From a virus (lineage: Duplodnaviria > Caudoviricetes), in the IMG/VR virus record IMGVR_UViG_3300025767_000019, positions 1 to 59,032 of that record: a DNA stretch of 59,032 nucleotides; one strand, 5' to 3'. Made by a program: the position numbers and the translations under genes. The notes under the pieces were generated by a model. That model was not told the origin of the DNA. It searched no databases and saw only the letters and a list, made by a program, of their open reading frames with translations. Below, in pieces: positions 37,299-46,169 of this stretch. Each line of letters starts with the position of its first letter. Within the stretch, counting starts at the first letter, position 1.

Positions 37299-38336
37299 AT
37301 GTATACGAGTCCAGATAAGACCCTCGAGGATGATGGCAGAAGAGAGTTATCTTTTGTTGATTACCACCGCATCAAGGAAACTCTTCCTGAGTTTTTTATT
37401 GAGGCCTATCCAAAATTTATTGAATTCTTAGAAGCATACTATGAGTACGAGCATGGAGGCAGTGCGCCTTCGCGTTTGATACATGACATCTTAAAAGCTA
37501 AAGATATTTCAGCTGCTGATACCGAGTTGTTGACTTACATAGAAGATGAGTTGCTGTTAGGTGAACAGCACTTCGAAGGATTTAAAGATAAGAGAGCTGC
37601 AGCTAAAGTATCTAGCACAATGTATCAGTCAAAGGGCACTTTGTTCTCGATGCAGCAGTTCTTTAGAATGTTTTATGGATTAAATCCAGACATTACCTAT
37701 CCCAAAAAGTTTATATTCGAGGTAGGTTCAACTAAATCTGTTATTGGACCAGAGGGTGATAAGTTTATTTTAAATAATACTCTATATCAGAAATACTCAG
37801 TCTTAATCAAAATTGGTATACCACTTAGTGTCTGGAGAGATACCTTTAAGCTATTTGTACATCCAGCTGGGATGTATCTCGGATCCGAAATCCAAATGGT
37901 TGGAGATGGAAACCTCGATGTGTTTGCACCAGATGTCATCCCAGCAGTATTTGGAGGACTTGCAGTACACAGCGTTGCTTCTCTTGCGCCTCAAGCGTTG
38001 CCCGAAATATCCGGTTTGGCTCAAGCTCGTTCCGGTAAAGAATTCTTATCTCCAGAGGACGATTTGACTGATAGTGATTACACATCTAATATTGTAACAA
38101 GAGTGAGGGTATCAAAGAATTACAACTACGACACCCTCACTATTGATCAATTTGATTTGATCTATGATACAATTAATGAGGCTGGTGGTCTCAACTCTCC
38201 CACATTTGATGAGGATTCAGCAGTTGGCGATATCCGAGTTCCACGCTTCTCAGAAACAATTGACACAATGGACGAAGAAAAAATTGGCGTGTATGATCCA
38301 ACAGATACTTCAAATGAAGTGGGATTAGCGACATAA
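37299..38336 (+). CDS. baseplate wedge protein (gp7-like, short)
   Basis: LPEF....YP.F..FL.AYYE, Y.SKGT.....FFR..YG, YQ.YS..I, W....K..VHPAG. Confidence 0.75.
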   Translation: MYTSPDKTLEDDGRRELSFVDYHRIKETLPEFFIEAYPKFIEFLEAYYEYEHGGSAPSRLIHDILKAKDISAADTELLTYIEDELLLGEQHFEGFKDKRAAAKVSSTMYQSKGTLFSMQQFFRMFYGLNPDITYPKKFIFEVGSTKSVIGPEGDKFILNNTLYQKYSVLIKIGIPLSVWRDTFKLFVHPAGMYLGSEIQMVGDGNLDVFAPDVIPAVFGGLAVHSVASLAPQALPEISGLAQARSGKEFLSPEDDLTDSDYTSNIVTRVRVSKNYNYDTLTIDQFDLIYDTINEAGGLNSPTFDEDSAVGDIRVPRFSETIDTMDEEKIGVYDPTDTSNEVGLAT

Positions 38337-38339
38337 ATA
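38332..38339 (+). promoter_or_regulatory. late promoter variant
   Basis: CATAAATA, 1 mismatch to TATAAATA, 29 nt before ATG 38368. Confidence 0.55.
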
Positions 38340-38367
38340 CTAATGATAACTTATAACGGGCTATAAA

Positions 38368-39357
38368 ATGGCAAGACAAAATCTTAATCTAGGATCTTTA
38401 GCAAATGATGGTACAGGTGATACGCTACGTGCTGCTGGCCAAAAGATCAACCAAAACTTTGCTGAGTTGTATAAAACTCTCAGTGGTGATTCAGGTCAGG
38501 TAGCGACAGGGGTTAGCTTGACTAACACCGGTGTTGCTTTTGAGGGAACATCGATCAATGGTACTAAGACAACACTGACCGTAACCAATCCCACGGCTGC
38601 AAGAACTGTCACCATTCCTGATGTGACAGGAAACGTAGTGGTGGATGTGGCTACTCAAACCCTTACAAACAAAACGCTCACCTCTCCGTCTATTGCACTA
38701 CCCTCTATCAAGGACGACGATAGTTCTCATAGTTATAACATCATACCTGGTTCACTAACCAGCAATGTTAACCTTAACATTCCCTCTCTGAGTGATAGCG
38801 ACACATTTGTAACGCTGGGCAGTACACAGATTCTAACGAATAAAACGTTAACAGATGCTGTTCTTAGCGCACCAAGTATTCAAACATCTATTGAAGATGC
38901 TAATGGCAATGAGTTAATCAAGGTTGTCGCCACTAGCAGCGCTGTAAACGAATTTACAATTGCCAACAGCGCAACAGGGTCTAGTCCTGCCCTATCTGTT
39001 ACAGGAACAGATTTAGATGTAAATATGGCATTAACTGCCAAGGGTACCGGATCAGTACAGATTAGTAAAGTGTCTCTTACTCCTAGTGCGGCAATGACCT
39101 TGCCTGGTGCGGCATCGGCATCGGCATCGTATGTTATTGCTAACAGGGCAACGGCGCTGGCAATCTCACTAGCTGATGGCACTACTGCTGGTGAGGTGAA
39201 GGTGTTTACAAACAAAGGAGCAGGCGTTGCAACAATTACGCCAGCAAACTTTGCGCAAGGTACCACAGTTGCATTGGACCAATATGATGCAGCAACCTTG
39301 GTGTGGGATGGAATTAATTGGTATGTGTCCGGTCATTACGGCGCAACAGTAGCTTAA
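38368..39357 (+). CDS. baseplate wedge / tail fibre connector (gp9/gp10 N-terminal domain)
   Basis: N.G...NDGTGD.LR....KIN.NF.ELY; TQTLTNKTLT repeats. Confidence 0.8.
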   Translation: MARQNLNLGSLANDGTGDTLRAAGQKINQNFAELYKTLSGDSGQVATGVSLTNTGVAFEGTSINGTKTTLTVTNPTAARTVTIPDVTGNVVVDVATQTLTNKTLTSPSIALPSIKDDDSSHSYNIIPGSLTSNVNLNIPSLSDSDTFVTLGSTQILTNKTLTDAVLSAPSIQTSIEDANGNELIKVVATSSAVNEFTIANSATGSSPALSVTGTDLDVNMALTAKGTGSVQISKVSLTPSAAMTLPGAASASASYVIANRATALAISLADGTTAGEVKVFTNKGAGVATITPANFAQGTTVALDQYDAATLVWDGINWYVSGHYGATVA

Positions 39358-39369
39358 CAGGAAATAAAA

Positions 39370-40779
39370 ATGGCAGCAATTATAACTGACGCTTTAAAGA
39401 AGCAATTTATTGTAGACGCAATAGATAACATTAAAGACGCCTCCAATTACTACTATGTGGGCTTGGGTAAGAACGAAGAGTGGACTAGTGACTCTGACAC
39501 TCCTATTACTCCTGTCAATAGTCTGCGTGAAGCTCAAGCTGCACGATACGGTATCCAATCTATTAAGCTAGTAACAGATGCGACCATGGTTGTGCCTCGT
39601 AGTAACTGGACTACCGGCGCAGTTTTTAGTGGGTGGGATGATGCTAGTGTGGGTCATCCTACAAACAAGTTTTATGTTCTGACAGCTTCTAACCAAGTGT
39701 ATGTGTGTTTACAGCAAGGTAGAAATACTTCGGGACAATCCGTTCCATCTACAATTGAGCCAGCAGCAACTACTGTTGCACCCTTCTACACCGCAGATGG
39801 TTATCTGTGGAAGTACATATATACAATCGGTGCCATTTCCGCAAATAAGTTTTTAGCAGCCGAATACATGCCTGTTCAATTTATTGACAGCGCTGGCCCT
39901 ACTGCACCTGCATCCGAACAAAATCAAATTCTTATTCAGAATGGTGCAATCGGAGGGCAGTTGTTGGGGTATGAGGTCGTCACTTCTGGTAACGGATATG
40001 AAGAAGCGACACCCACAATTTCGATTTTTGGAGATGGCACTGGAGCAGCAGCTCGAGCGTATGTAGAGGGTGGTGCGGTTGTTAAGGTAACAATTGATTC
40101 TGATGGATCATCTAATCCCAGACTGGGCTCAGGATACAATACCGCATCGGTCGAGATCGCAGCTCCTACAGGGCCTGGAGGTACTGCTGCTGTGATTCGT
40201 CCAATTATTGGCCCACGAGCTGGTATAGGATCTGATCCTCGTGTAGACCTCAAGGCTAGTGCTTTGATGTTAAACGTTAAAACAGAAGGCGACGAAAACG
40301 GAGATTTCATTGTCGCAGCCGGCAATCAAATTCGTCAGGTGTCATTGTTAAGGAATCCAGACAAATGGCAAGATATTGATTCAGACTTTACTAGCGCATC
40401 GGGATCATCATTAAAATATTTCCAAGTTACAGACGGCGAAACAGCACCCTCACTCCGGAGTGTTGTAGAAGGATCTCTAACGGGCGCTAAGGCGTATGTT
40501 GATAATGTTGTGGATGATGGCGTTGGAGGACGTAAGATTTACTTCCATCAAACAGAAGCTACAGGATTTAGAAAATTCCAAGAAGCGGAAACCCTGACTG
40601 AAGTTAATGGCGCAGGTTCAGCAACCTTAGAATCCGAGGGTACCGACGCAGACAGTGATGCTTATAAGTTGGGAGCTGTCAACCCGTTCACAGGTGATTT
40701 ATTGTATATAGATAATAGAGCAGCGATTGATCGCTCAGCAGGACAAACAGAAGACATAAAAATTGTCATCCAACTATAA
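39370..40779 (+). CDS. gp8: baseplate wedge gp8
   Basis: MAAIIT, VVPR.NW..G, FYV......VY.CL, DGY.WKY.Y, G.LLY.DNR..I.R...QTEDIKIVI. Confidence 0.88.
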   Translation: MAAIITDALKKQFIVDAIDNIKDASNYYYVGLGKNEEWTSDSDTPITPVNSLREAQAARYGIQSIKLVTDATMVVPRSNWTTGAVFSGWDDASVGHPTNKFYVLTASNQVYVCLQQGRNTSGQSVPSTIEPAATTVAPFYTADGYLWKYIYTIGAISANKFLAAEYMPVQFIDSAGPTAPASEQNQILIQNGAIGGQLLGYEVVTSGNGYEEATPTISIFGDGTGAAARAYVEGGAVVKVTIDSDGSSNPRLGSGYNTASVEIAAPTGPGGTAAVIRPIIGPRAGIGSDPRVDLKASALMLNVKTEGDENGDFIVAAGNQIRQVSLLRNPDKWQDIDSDFTSASGSSLKYFQVTDGETAPSLRSVVEGSLTGAKAYVDNVVDDGVGGRKIYFHQTEATGFRKFQEAETLTEVNGAGSATLESEGTDADSDAYKLGAVNPFTGDLLYIDNRAAIDRSAGQTEDIKIVIQL

Positions 40780-40792
40780 AGAGTAGAAAAGA

Positions 40793-43700
40793 ATGGCCAC
40801 AAGTTTTACCAAATCGGTTTTTGCGTCTACATACAAAGACGATTATAGAGACAGCGACAACTATCACCGCATTCTTTTTAACAGTGGTAGATCTCTGCAA
40901 GCTCGCGAGCTTACACAGATGCAAACCATTACTCAGCGCGAGTTGACTAGATTGCTAACTCATTTATTTAAAGATGGATCCCCAGTTAATCCGGGTGGAC
41001 CTTCAATAAACAATGCATATGAGTTTATTAAGCTGAATACAACTGTTAACCTTTTTCCCACAGGGGACTCGTTATCAAATCTGCCAGGTACCACACTTAC
41101 TGCAACTAATGGTGTTAAGGTAAGGGTCCTACAAGCCGTTGCCGCAACCGCAACCGACCCAGCAACCCTATACGTAGAATATACTGATACGTCAGCAGGC
41201 ACCTCCGGAGCAAGTGCTATTCGGGTCACGCCTGGTACCACCCTTGGTGGCGGAGAGTATACTTTTACTGTTCAAACCACAAACACTACAACTAATCCGG
41301 CTGTTGGTGCCGGCACGCAATTCTCAGTCCATGGTGGGGATTTCTTTACCAAAGACCGCATTGTATTTGTTGGCCAGCAGTCTATTATCCTATCAAAGTA
41401 CTCTAGCACTCCTAGCGCTGTTGTGGGATTTAAGGTCACTGAAAGTATTGTGACTGTTGCTGATGATCCTAACCTATATGACAATCAAGGCGTTACATTA
41501 AATAGATCAGCTCCAGGGGCCGATAGATATAAGATTAAGTTAGACTTGACGACAGAAGATCAAATATTGTCCTCCGATAACTTTATGTATTTTGCTGAAG
41601 TAGAAGATGGCAAAATTATTACTCAGGTTGTAGCAGGAGAGAATTATAATGTTCTTGAGGATAGTTTAGCAACAAGGACAAGAGAAGAGTCTGGTGATTA
41701 CATTGTTAATCCCTTTACAGCTAAGTTTACAACTCAAGCGACCGACGCTACATCCGTAAATTTGAGTTTAAGTAACGGCACGGCATATGTTAACGGTTAT
41801 AGAGCAACAATTGATCGCCCCACATCATTTGCACTGTCTAAGCCCAGAACAATTCGCACACTGACAGATGAGGCAATTGGTATAACATTTGGCAACTACT
41901 TGGTTGTCAACAAAGATACAAATAAGGGTTTGCCCAACTTGTATCAGACAGTTACTTTTAAGGATAGTAGCAACTTTACCGGCAATACTATTGGTACAGG
42001 AGTCGTAAGCGCTGTTGATGAAAACATCGATGGAAACGTGCAAGTGTATTTTATTAACATTGTAATGCAGACGGGTACCAATAGAAGAAATATTGCATCG
42101 TTTGGTACTAGTGTTACTGACTATTGCAATCCTGTACGTGAGTTGGGAAAAACAGTATTCAAAAATATTGATCAACAAGTTTATGTTTACAGCCTTCCTT
42201 TGTTTAGACCTCAATCCGTAACCGGAGTTGATCTTGATTATCAACGCAGAGTAACAGCAACTGTTGATGCTAGCCAGCAAATTACGCTGAACCCTGGCCT
42301 GGACACCAATCCAGACACCAAGGAAGTATTTACAAATGTAAACGATTGGATCGTGACAGTAGCCACCGGCGCTGTTGACACATCATGGAGTGTTATATCG
42401 GGAGGGGCCGGACAAAATACTGCAGTGTTGCAGACAACGCTTGCCCAAGGAGTGCAAGTAGAGGTTTACACATTTGTTAACAAAGCAAATGCGGAATCCA
42501 AGTCAAAGACGTTGGTAGAAACCACCGACACCATTACACCGTCTGCAGATGGTACAATTGCACTAGGCAAGCCTGACATCTATCGAGTAACCCGGATTAC
42601 TCTAGCAGACTCTGATGGTGAAGATGTCTCTAACAGGTATACGGTTGATAATGGTCAAAGAGACACCCACTACGACCTGGGTAGCTTGAAGTTAAAGGCC
42701 GGCCAGTCTGTACCAGCTGGTGATGTATTTGTTCGGTATGAATATTTTAGTCATGGTGTTGGCGGGTGGTTCTTTGGAGTAAATTCTTACGGAGGACAGG
42801 TTGCGTATCAAGATATTCCTTCATATACACGTCAAACCGATGGTGCAATAGTCCAGCTCCGAGACAGCATTGACTTCCGACCTGTTGTTAACTCATCAGG
42901 CACTTTTGGATCTGGCGCTATTGTTTGGTATCAGCCGGCTAACACTAGTGTTGTACAAGCTACAGTAAATTATTACTTGGGCAAGTCTGTGCGTGTGATT
43001 ATCGATCAAGAAGGAGTAGCTCAAGCTATTGAAGGTGTTGCCGCGCTAACCCCTCAGCTCCCCCCAAAGCCCAACAAAGCACTGGATCTGTTTTATATCA
43101 ACATGAATCCTTATATGCTGAGCGACACTGATGTGGTTACAAGACCCATAAAGACAAAGCGATATACAATGAAGGACATTGATGATTTGGCGCAGCGTCT
43201 TGCAAATCTGGAAGAAGTCACCTCATTGTCATTATTGGAAACCACCACAGACAGTTTGTTCGTACTTGACTCTGACGGATTGCCTAGAAGCAAGTCAGGG
43301 TTCTTTGTAGACAACTTTGCTGATCACCTAAGATCTTTAGTTATCGCTCCAGATTACAGAGCTTCAATTGATCCTCAACAGCGGGTATTGAGACCCACTT
43401 TCCTGTCGGACAACATTAGATTGTTGTATGACAACGCCAATTCAGTTAATACTGTGTTGAGAGGTGACAACATTTACCTCAACTATACTCACACAAATCA
43501 TACCAATCAGAAATTGGCTACTGAGACAATGAACATTAACCCATTTGCGGTAGTTCGAAAAACAGGGATGATACAACTGTCTCCAGCTTCTGATTCGTGG
43601 GTGGAGACAGAGTATCAGCCAGAAAATATTATAGATGGTGGCAATCGAATTGTTAACAACTTTAATAACAACTGGTCAAATTGGATGTGGAACTGGTTTG

Positions 43701-45940
43701 GCTCGTCTCAGACTGCATTAGCTGAGCGTGCAATTAATTCTGCTCCTGGTAGTGCTGTGGGTCAAAGCAGCAGCGGCAATGGTGGAACTACTACTACTAC
43801 GGGCATGAACATGTTGATCACCACAACTCGATCAGCAGTTGCTAGAGTTGTTGCTGATGAGACAATCCGCACTTTTGTTGAGGACCGTCTACTCGATACC
43901 AAGTTGTTGCCATTCATGCGGTCTAGAAAGATTTATTTCCGCGCATATGGCATGAGACCTAATACCCGAGTGTTTGCATTCTTCAACAACGTCCCAGTTG
44001 CGAACTTTGTTAGATCTGAGCCGTTCACATTTATGAGTGGTGACCCCGTTGATCCTGGTAACACCAATAATAACGCGACCGCCCATCCAGATGGAGCTAC
44101 GACGCTTCAGTCAGATGCTACCGGTACAGTTACCGGATCATTTGTTATCCCATCCACTGGCTCGTTGAAATTTAGAACTGGTAGTCTACAATTTAAGTTG
44201 TTGGACATCAGCGTTCCCAATGACGCCGATGCGTTGTCATCGGCACGTGCAACGTTTACCTCAACTGGCATATTAGAAATTCGGCAGCAGTCGTGGCTTT
44301 CTACTAGACAGATAACAATCGGGGGTACAGACACCTCCACTACACGCGTTACGGCATTTCAAGCCGAGGGAGGTGGCGACCCACTGGCTCAAACATTTGT
44401 AGTCGAGACGGGCGAAGGCATTTTTGTCACAAAGATTGGTATTAAGTTTGCCACTGCAAGCGCTACAGTTCCAGTAATATGTCAACTCCGTGCAACTGTT
44501 AACGGTGTGCCTTCTGCAAGCGCTATCCTGGCAACCAAGGCTCTTGGAGGGGCTACGGTTCAAGCAGATATTGATGCAACACCGGCAACTCCTACCGTAG
44601 ACACCTTGGTCACCACATACTTTGAATTTGACGAGCCAGTGTATCTAAGCGGAGGAGTTGAATATGCTATTGTATTGTTGACAGACTCCGTAGATTATAA
44701 CGTATATGTTGCTCAGACGGAACAATTCTTGCTCAACTCAACAGAGCTGAGAGTATCCCGTCAACCCACATTAGGTTCACTGTTTAAATCTCAAAACTCT
44801 AGAGTGTGGGAGCCGGATCAAACCCGCGACTTGACTTTTGAAATCGAAAAGGCGGTATTTAGTACAGCTGGTGGTACAGCAAGACTTGTTAACGCAGACT
44901 TGCCGTCTCATTTATTGTCCGCCGGTAGCTTATCAACTGCTGTGGGCGATTCAGATGTAACAGTTCAAATTCCCAATCATGGCATGACAGTATCGGACGA
45001 AGTTTTGATTGCTGGCACACCAGGTACAGTTGGAGGTGTTGATTCATCTGCTATTGTAGGTTTGCGGACCGTTACTGCTATAGATGGCTTTGGATTCAAG
45101 TTCCAATCAGATTCAGCTGCGACTGCTGCGACTATTGGCGGTGGTAGTATTATTGTTGAAAAGCAAATGATGTATGACATTGGTGTCCCATCCATACAAA
45201 CAATGATTCCAGATCGGACTTCTGTTCAGTATTCTCATAGAACTACTTCGGGTAGATCTTTAGCTAGTGGTACAGCTTATCAACATGATATTGGGTTCTC
45301 ATCACTGTCAAACAACGAGGAAAACTATTACGTATCTCCTAGATTGATTGCTACAAGTCGAAACGAGACTCGATCTCTTGACGGAGAAAAATCATTACAG
45401 ATTAATGGTGAGTTGACAACAACTTCTGCTAATGTGTCTCCTGTAATTGATTTACAGCGTGCCACATTTACAACTATTAATAACCTTATTGATAATCCCC
45501 AATCCCTTGATTCAGATAAGTCTGGGTTTAATAAAGGATTGACATACATTTCCGAAACAGTACCATCTGGTGGCACATCGTTGGCGAAGCATATTACTCA
45601 GCCAGTGGGATTAGCTCAGAATGCTGTGGGATTAAAAATCTTTATGGCTGTTAATAGACCGTCCGGATCAAATGTTGATATGTATTACAGAACTGATCAG
45701 AGTGATGACTCAGCTGATGGTACTTTACTCACGTCAGACTGGTCGCTCGTTGCTCCTGTGAGTTCTATTAAGATTGATGACAATCCTACCATCTTTAGAG
45801 AGTACGAGTATCTCGTAGGTGGCAATACAGGCACGATGACTCCATTTGATCAATATCAAATTAAAATTGTTATGAGATCTACTAACTCCTCTAAGGTGCC
45901 TGTTATCAGGGATTTAAGAACTATTGCCATGGCCACATAA
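40793..45940 (+). CDS. large virion structural protein (VrlC/DUF4815-like)
   Basis: Y.DD......Y.RILF..G..LQARELTQ.Q, APGADR, RT.EESGDY, R.K.GFFVDNF, DPLAQTF, GSLFKSQN...W, P.I.DLR.IA. Confidence 0.85.
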   Translation: MATSFTKSVFASTYKDDYRDSDNYHRILFNSGRSLQARELTQMQTITQRELTRLLTHLFKDGSPVNPGGPSINNAYEFIKLNTTVNLFPTGDSLSNLPGTTLTATNGVKVRVLQAVAATATDPATLYVEYTDTSAGTSGASAIRVTPGTTLGGGEYTFTVQTTNTTTNPAVGAGTQFSVHGGDFFTKDRIVFVGQQSIILSKYSSTPSAVVGFKVTESIVTVADDPNLYDNQGVTLNRSAPGADRYKIKLDLTTEDQILSSDNFMYFAEVEDGKIITQVVAGENYNVLEDSLATRTREESGDYIVNPFTAKFTTQATDATSVNLSLSNGTAYVNGYRATIDRPTSFALSKPRTIRTLTDEAIGITFGNYLVVNKDTNKGLPNLYQTVTFKDSSNFTGNTIGTGVVSAVDENIDGNVQVYFINIVMQTGTNRRNIASFGTSVTDYCNPVRELGKTVFKNIDQQVYVYSLPLFRPQSVTGVDLDYQRRVTATVDASQQITLNPGLDTNPDTKEVFTNVNDWIVTVATGAVDTSWSVISGGAGQNTAVLQTTLAQGVQVEVYTFVNKANAESKSKTLVETTDTITPSADGTIALGKPDIYRVTRITLADSDGEDVSNRYTVDNGQRDTHYDLGSLKLKAGQSVPAGDVFVRYEYFSHGVGGWFFGVNSYGGQVAYQDIPSYTRQTDGAIVQLRDSIDFRPVVNSSGTFGSGAIVWYQPANTSVVQATVNYYLGKSVRVIIDQEGVAQAIEGVAALTPQLPPKPNKALDLFYINMNPYMLSDTDVVTRPIKTKRYTMKDIDDLAQRLANLEEVTSLSLLETTTDSLFVLDSDGLPRSKSGFFVDNFADHLRSLVIAPDYRASIDPQQRVLRPTFLSDNIRLLYDNANSVNTVLRGDNIYLNYTHTNHTNQKLATETMNINPFAVVRKTGMIQLSPASDSWVETEYQPENIIDGGNRIVNNFNNNWSNWMWNWFGSSQTALAERAINSAPGSAVGQSSSGNGGTTTTTGMNMLITTTRSAVARVVADETIRTFVEDRLLDTKLLPFMRSRKIYFRAYGMRPNTRVFAFFNNVPVANFVRSEPFTFMSGDPVDPGNTNNNATAHPDGATTLQSDATGTVTGSFVIPSTGSLKFRTGSLQFKLLDISVPNDADALSSARATFTSTGILEIRQQSWLSTRQITIGGTDTSTTRVTAFQAEGGGDPLAQTFVVETGEGIFVTKIGIKFATASATVPVICQLRATVNGVPSASAILATKALGGATVQADIDATPATPTVDTLVTTYFEFDEPVYLSGGVEYAIVLLTDSVDYNVYVAQTEQFLLNSTELRVSRQPTLGSLFKSQNSRVWEPDQTRDLTFEIEKAVFSTAGGTARLVNADLPSHLLSAGSLSTAVGDSDVTVQIPNHGMTVSDEVLIAGTPGTVGGVDSSAIVGLRTVTAIDGFGFKFQSDSAATAATIGGGSIIVEKQMMYDIGVPSIQTMIPDRTSVQYSHRTTSGRSLASGTAYQHDIGFSSLSNNEENYYVSPRLIATSRNETRSLDGEKSLQINGELTTTSANVSPVIDLQRATFTTINNLIDNPQSLDSDKSGFNKGLTYISETVPSGGTSLAKHITQPVGLAQNAVGLKIFMAVNRPSGSNVDMYYRTDQSDDSADGTLLTSDWSLVAPVSSIKIDDNPTIFREYEYLVGGNTGTMTPFDQYQIKIVMRSTNSSKVPVIRDLRTIAMAT

Positions 45941-45941
45941 T

Positions 45942-46169
45942 ATGAGTGAGTTTATTCCTGTAACAGATAAACCCGGTCTCGTTAGAGACCCGAGATCGGG
46001 TGCCATTTTGAATATAAATAAGAGTGACGTAGAGAAAGCACGAGCGGCAAAACAGGCTCGTCTAAACAAAGAACAACAGCAAGCACAGCTTCGCCGTGAT
46101 GTAGATAATTTGAAAAGTGATATTAGTGATATAAAAAGCATGCTCGCACAATTAGTAGAGAAGATCTAA
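45942..46169 (+). CDS. small coiled-coil conserved protein
   Basis: L.RD..SGAI.N...LK.DI..IK.ML; typically follows VrlC-like genes. Confidence 0.75.
   Translation: MSEFIPVTDKPGLVRDPRSGAILNINKSDVEKARAAKQARLNKEQQQAQLRRDVDNLKSDISDIKSMLAQLVEKI
46013..46020 (+). promoter_or_regulatory. T4-type late promoter (intragenic) upstream of fibre gene
   Basis: TATAAATA. Confidence 0.55.
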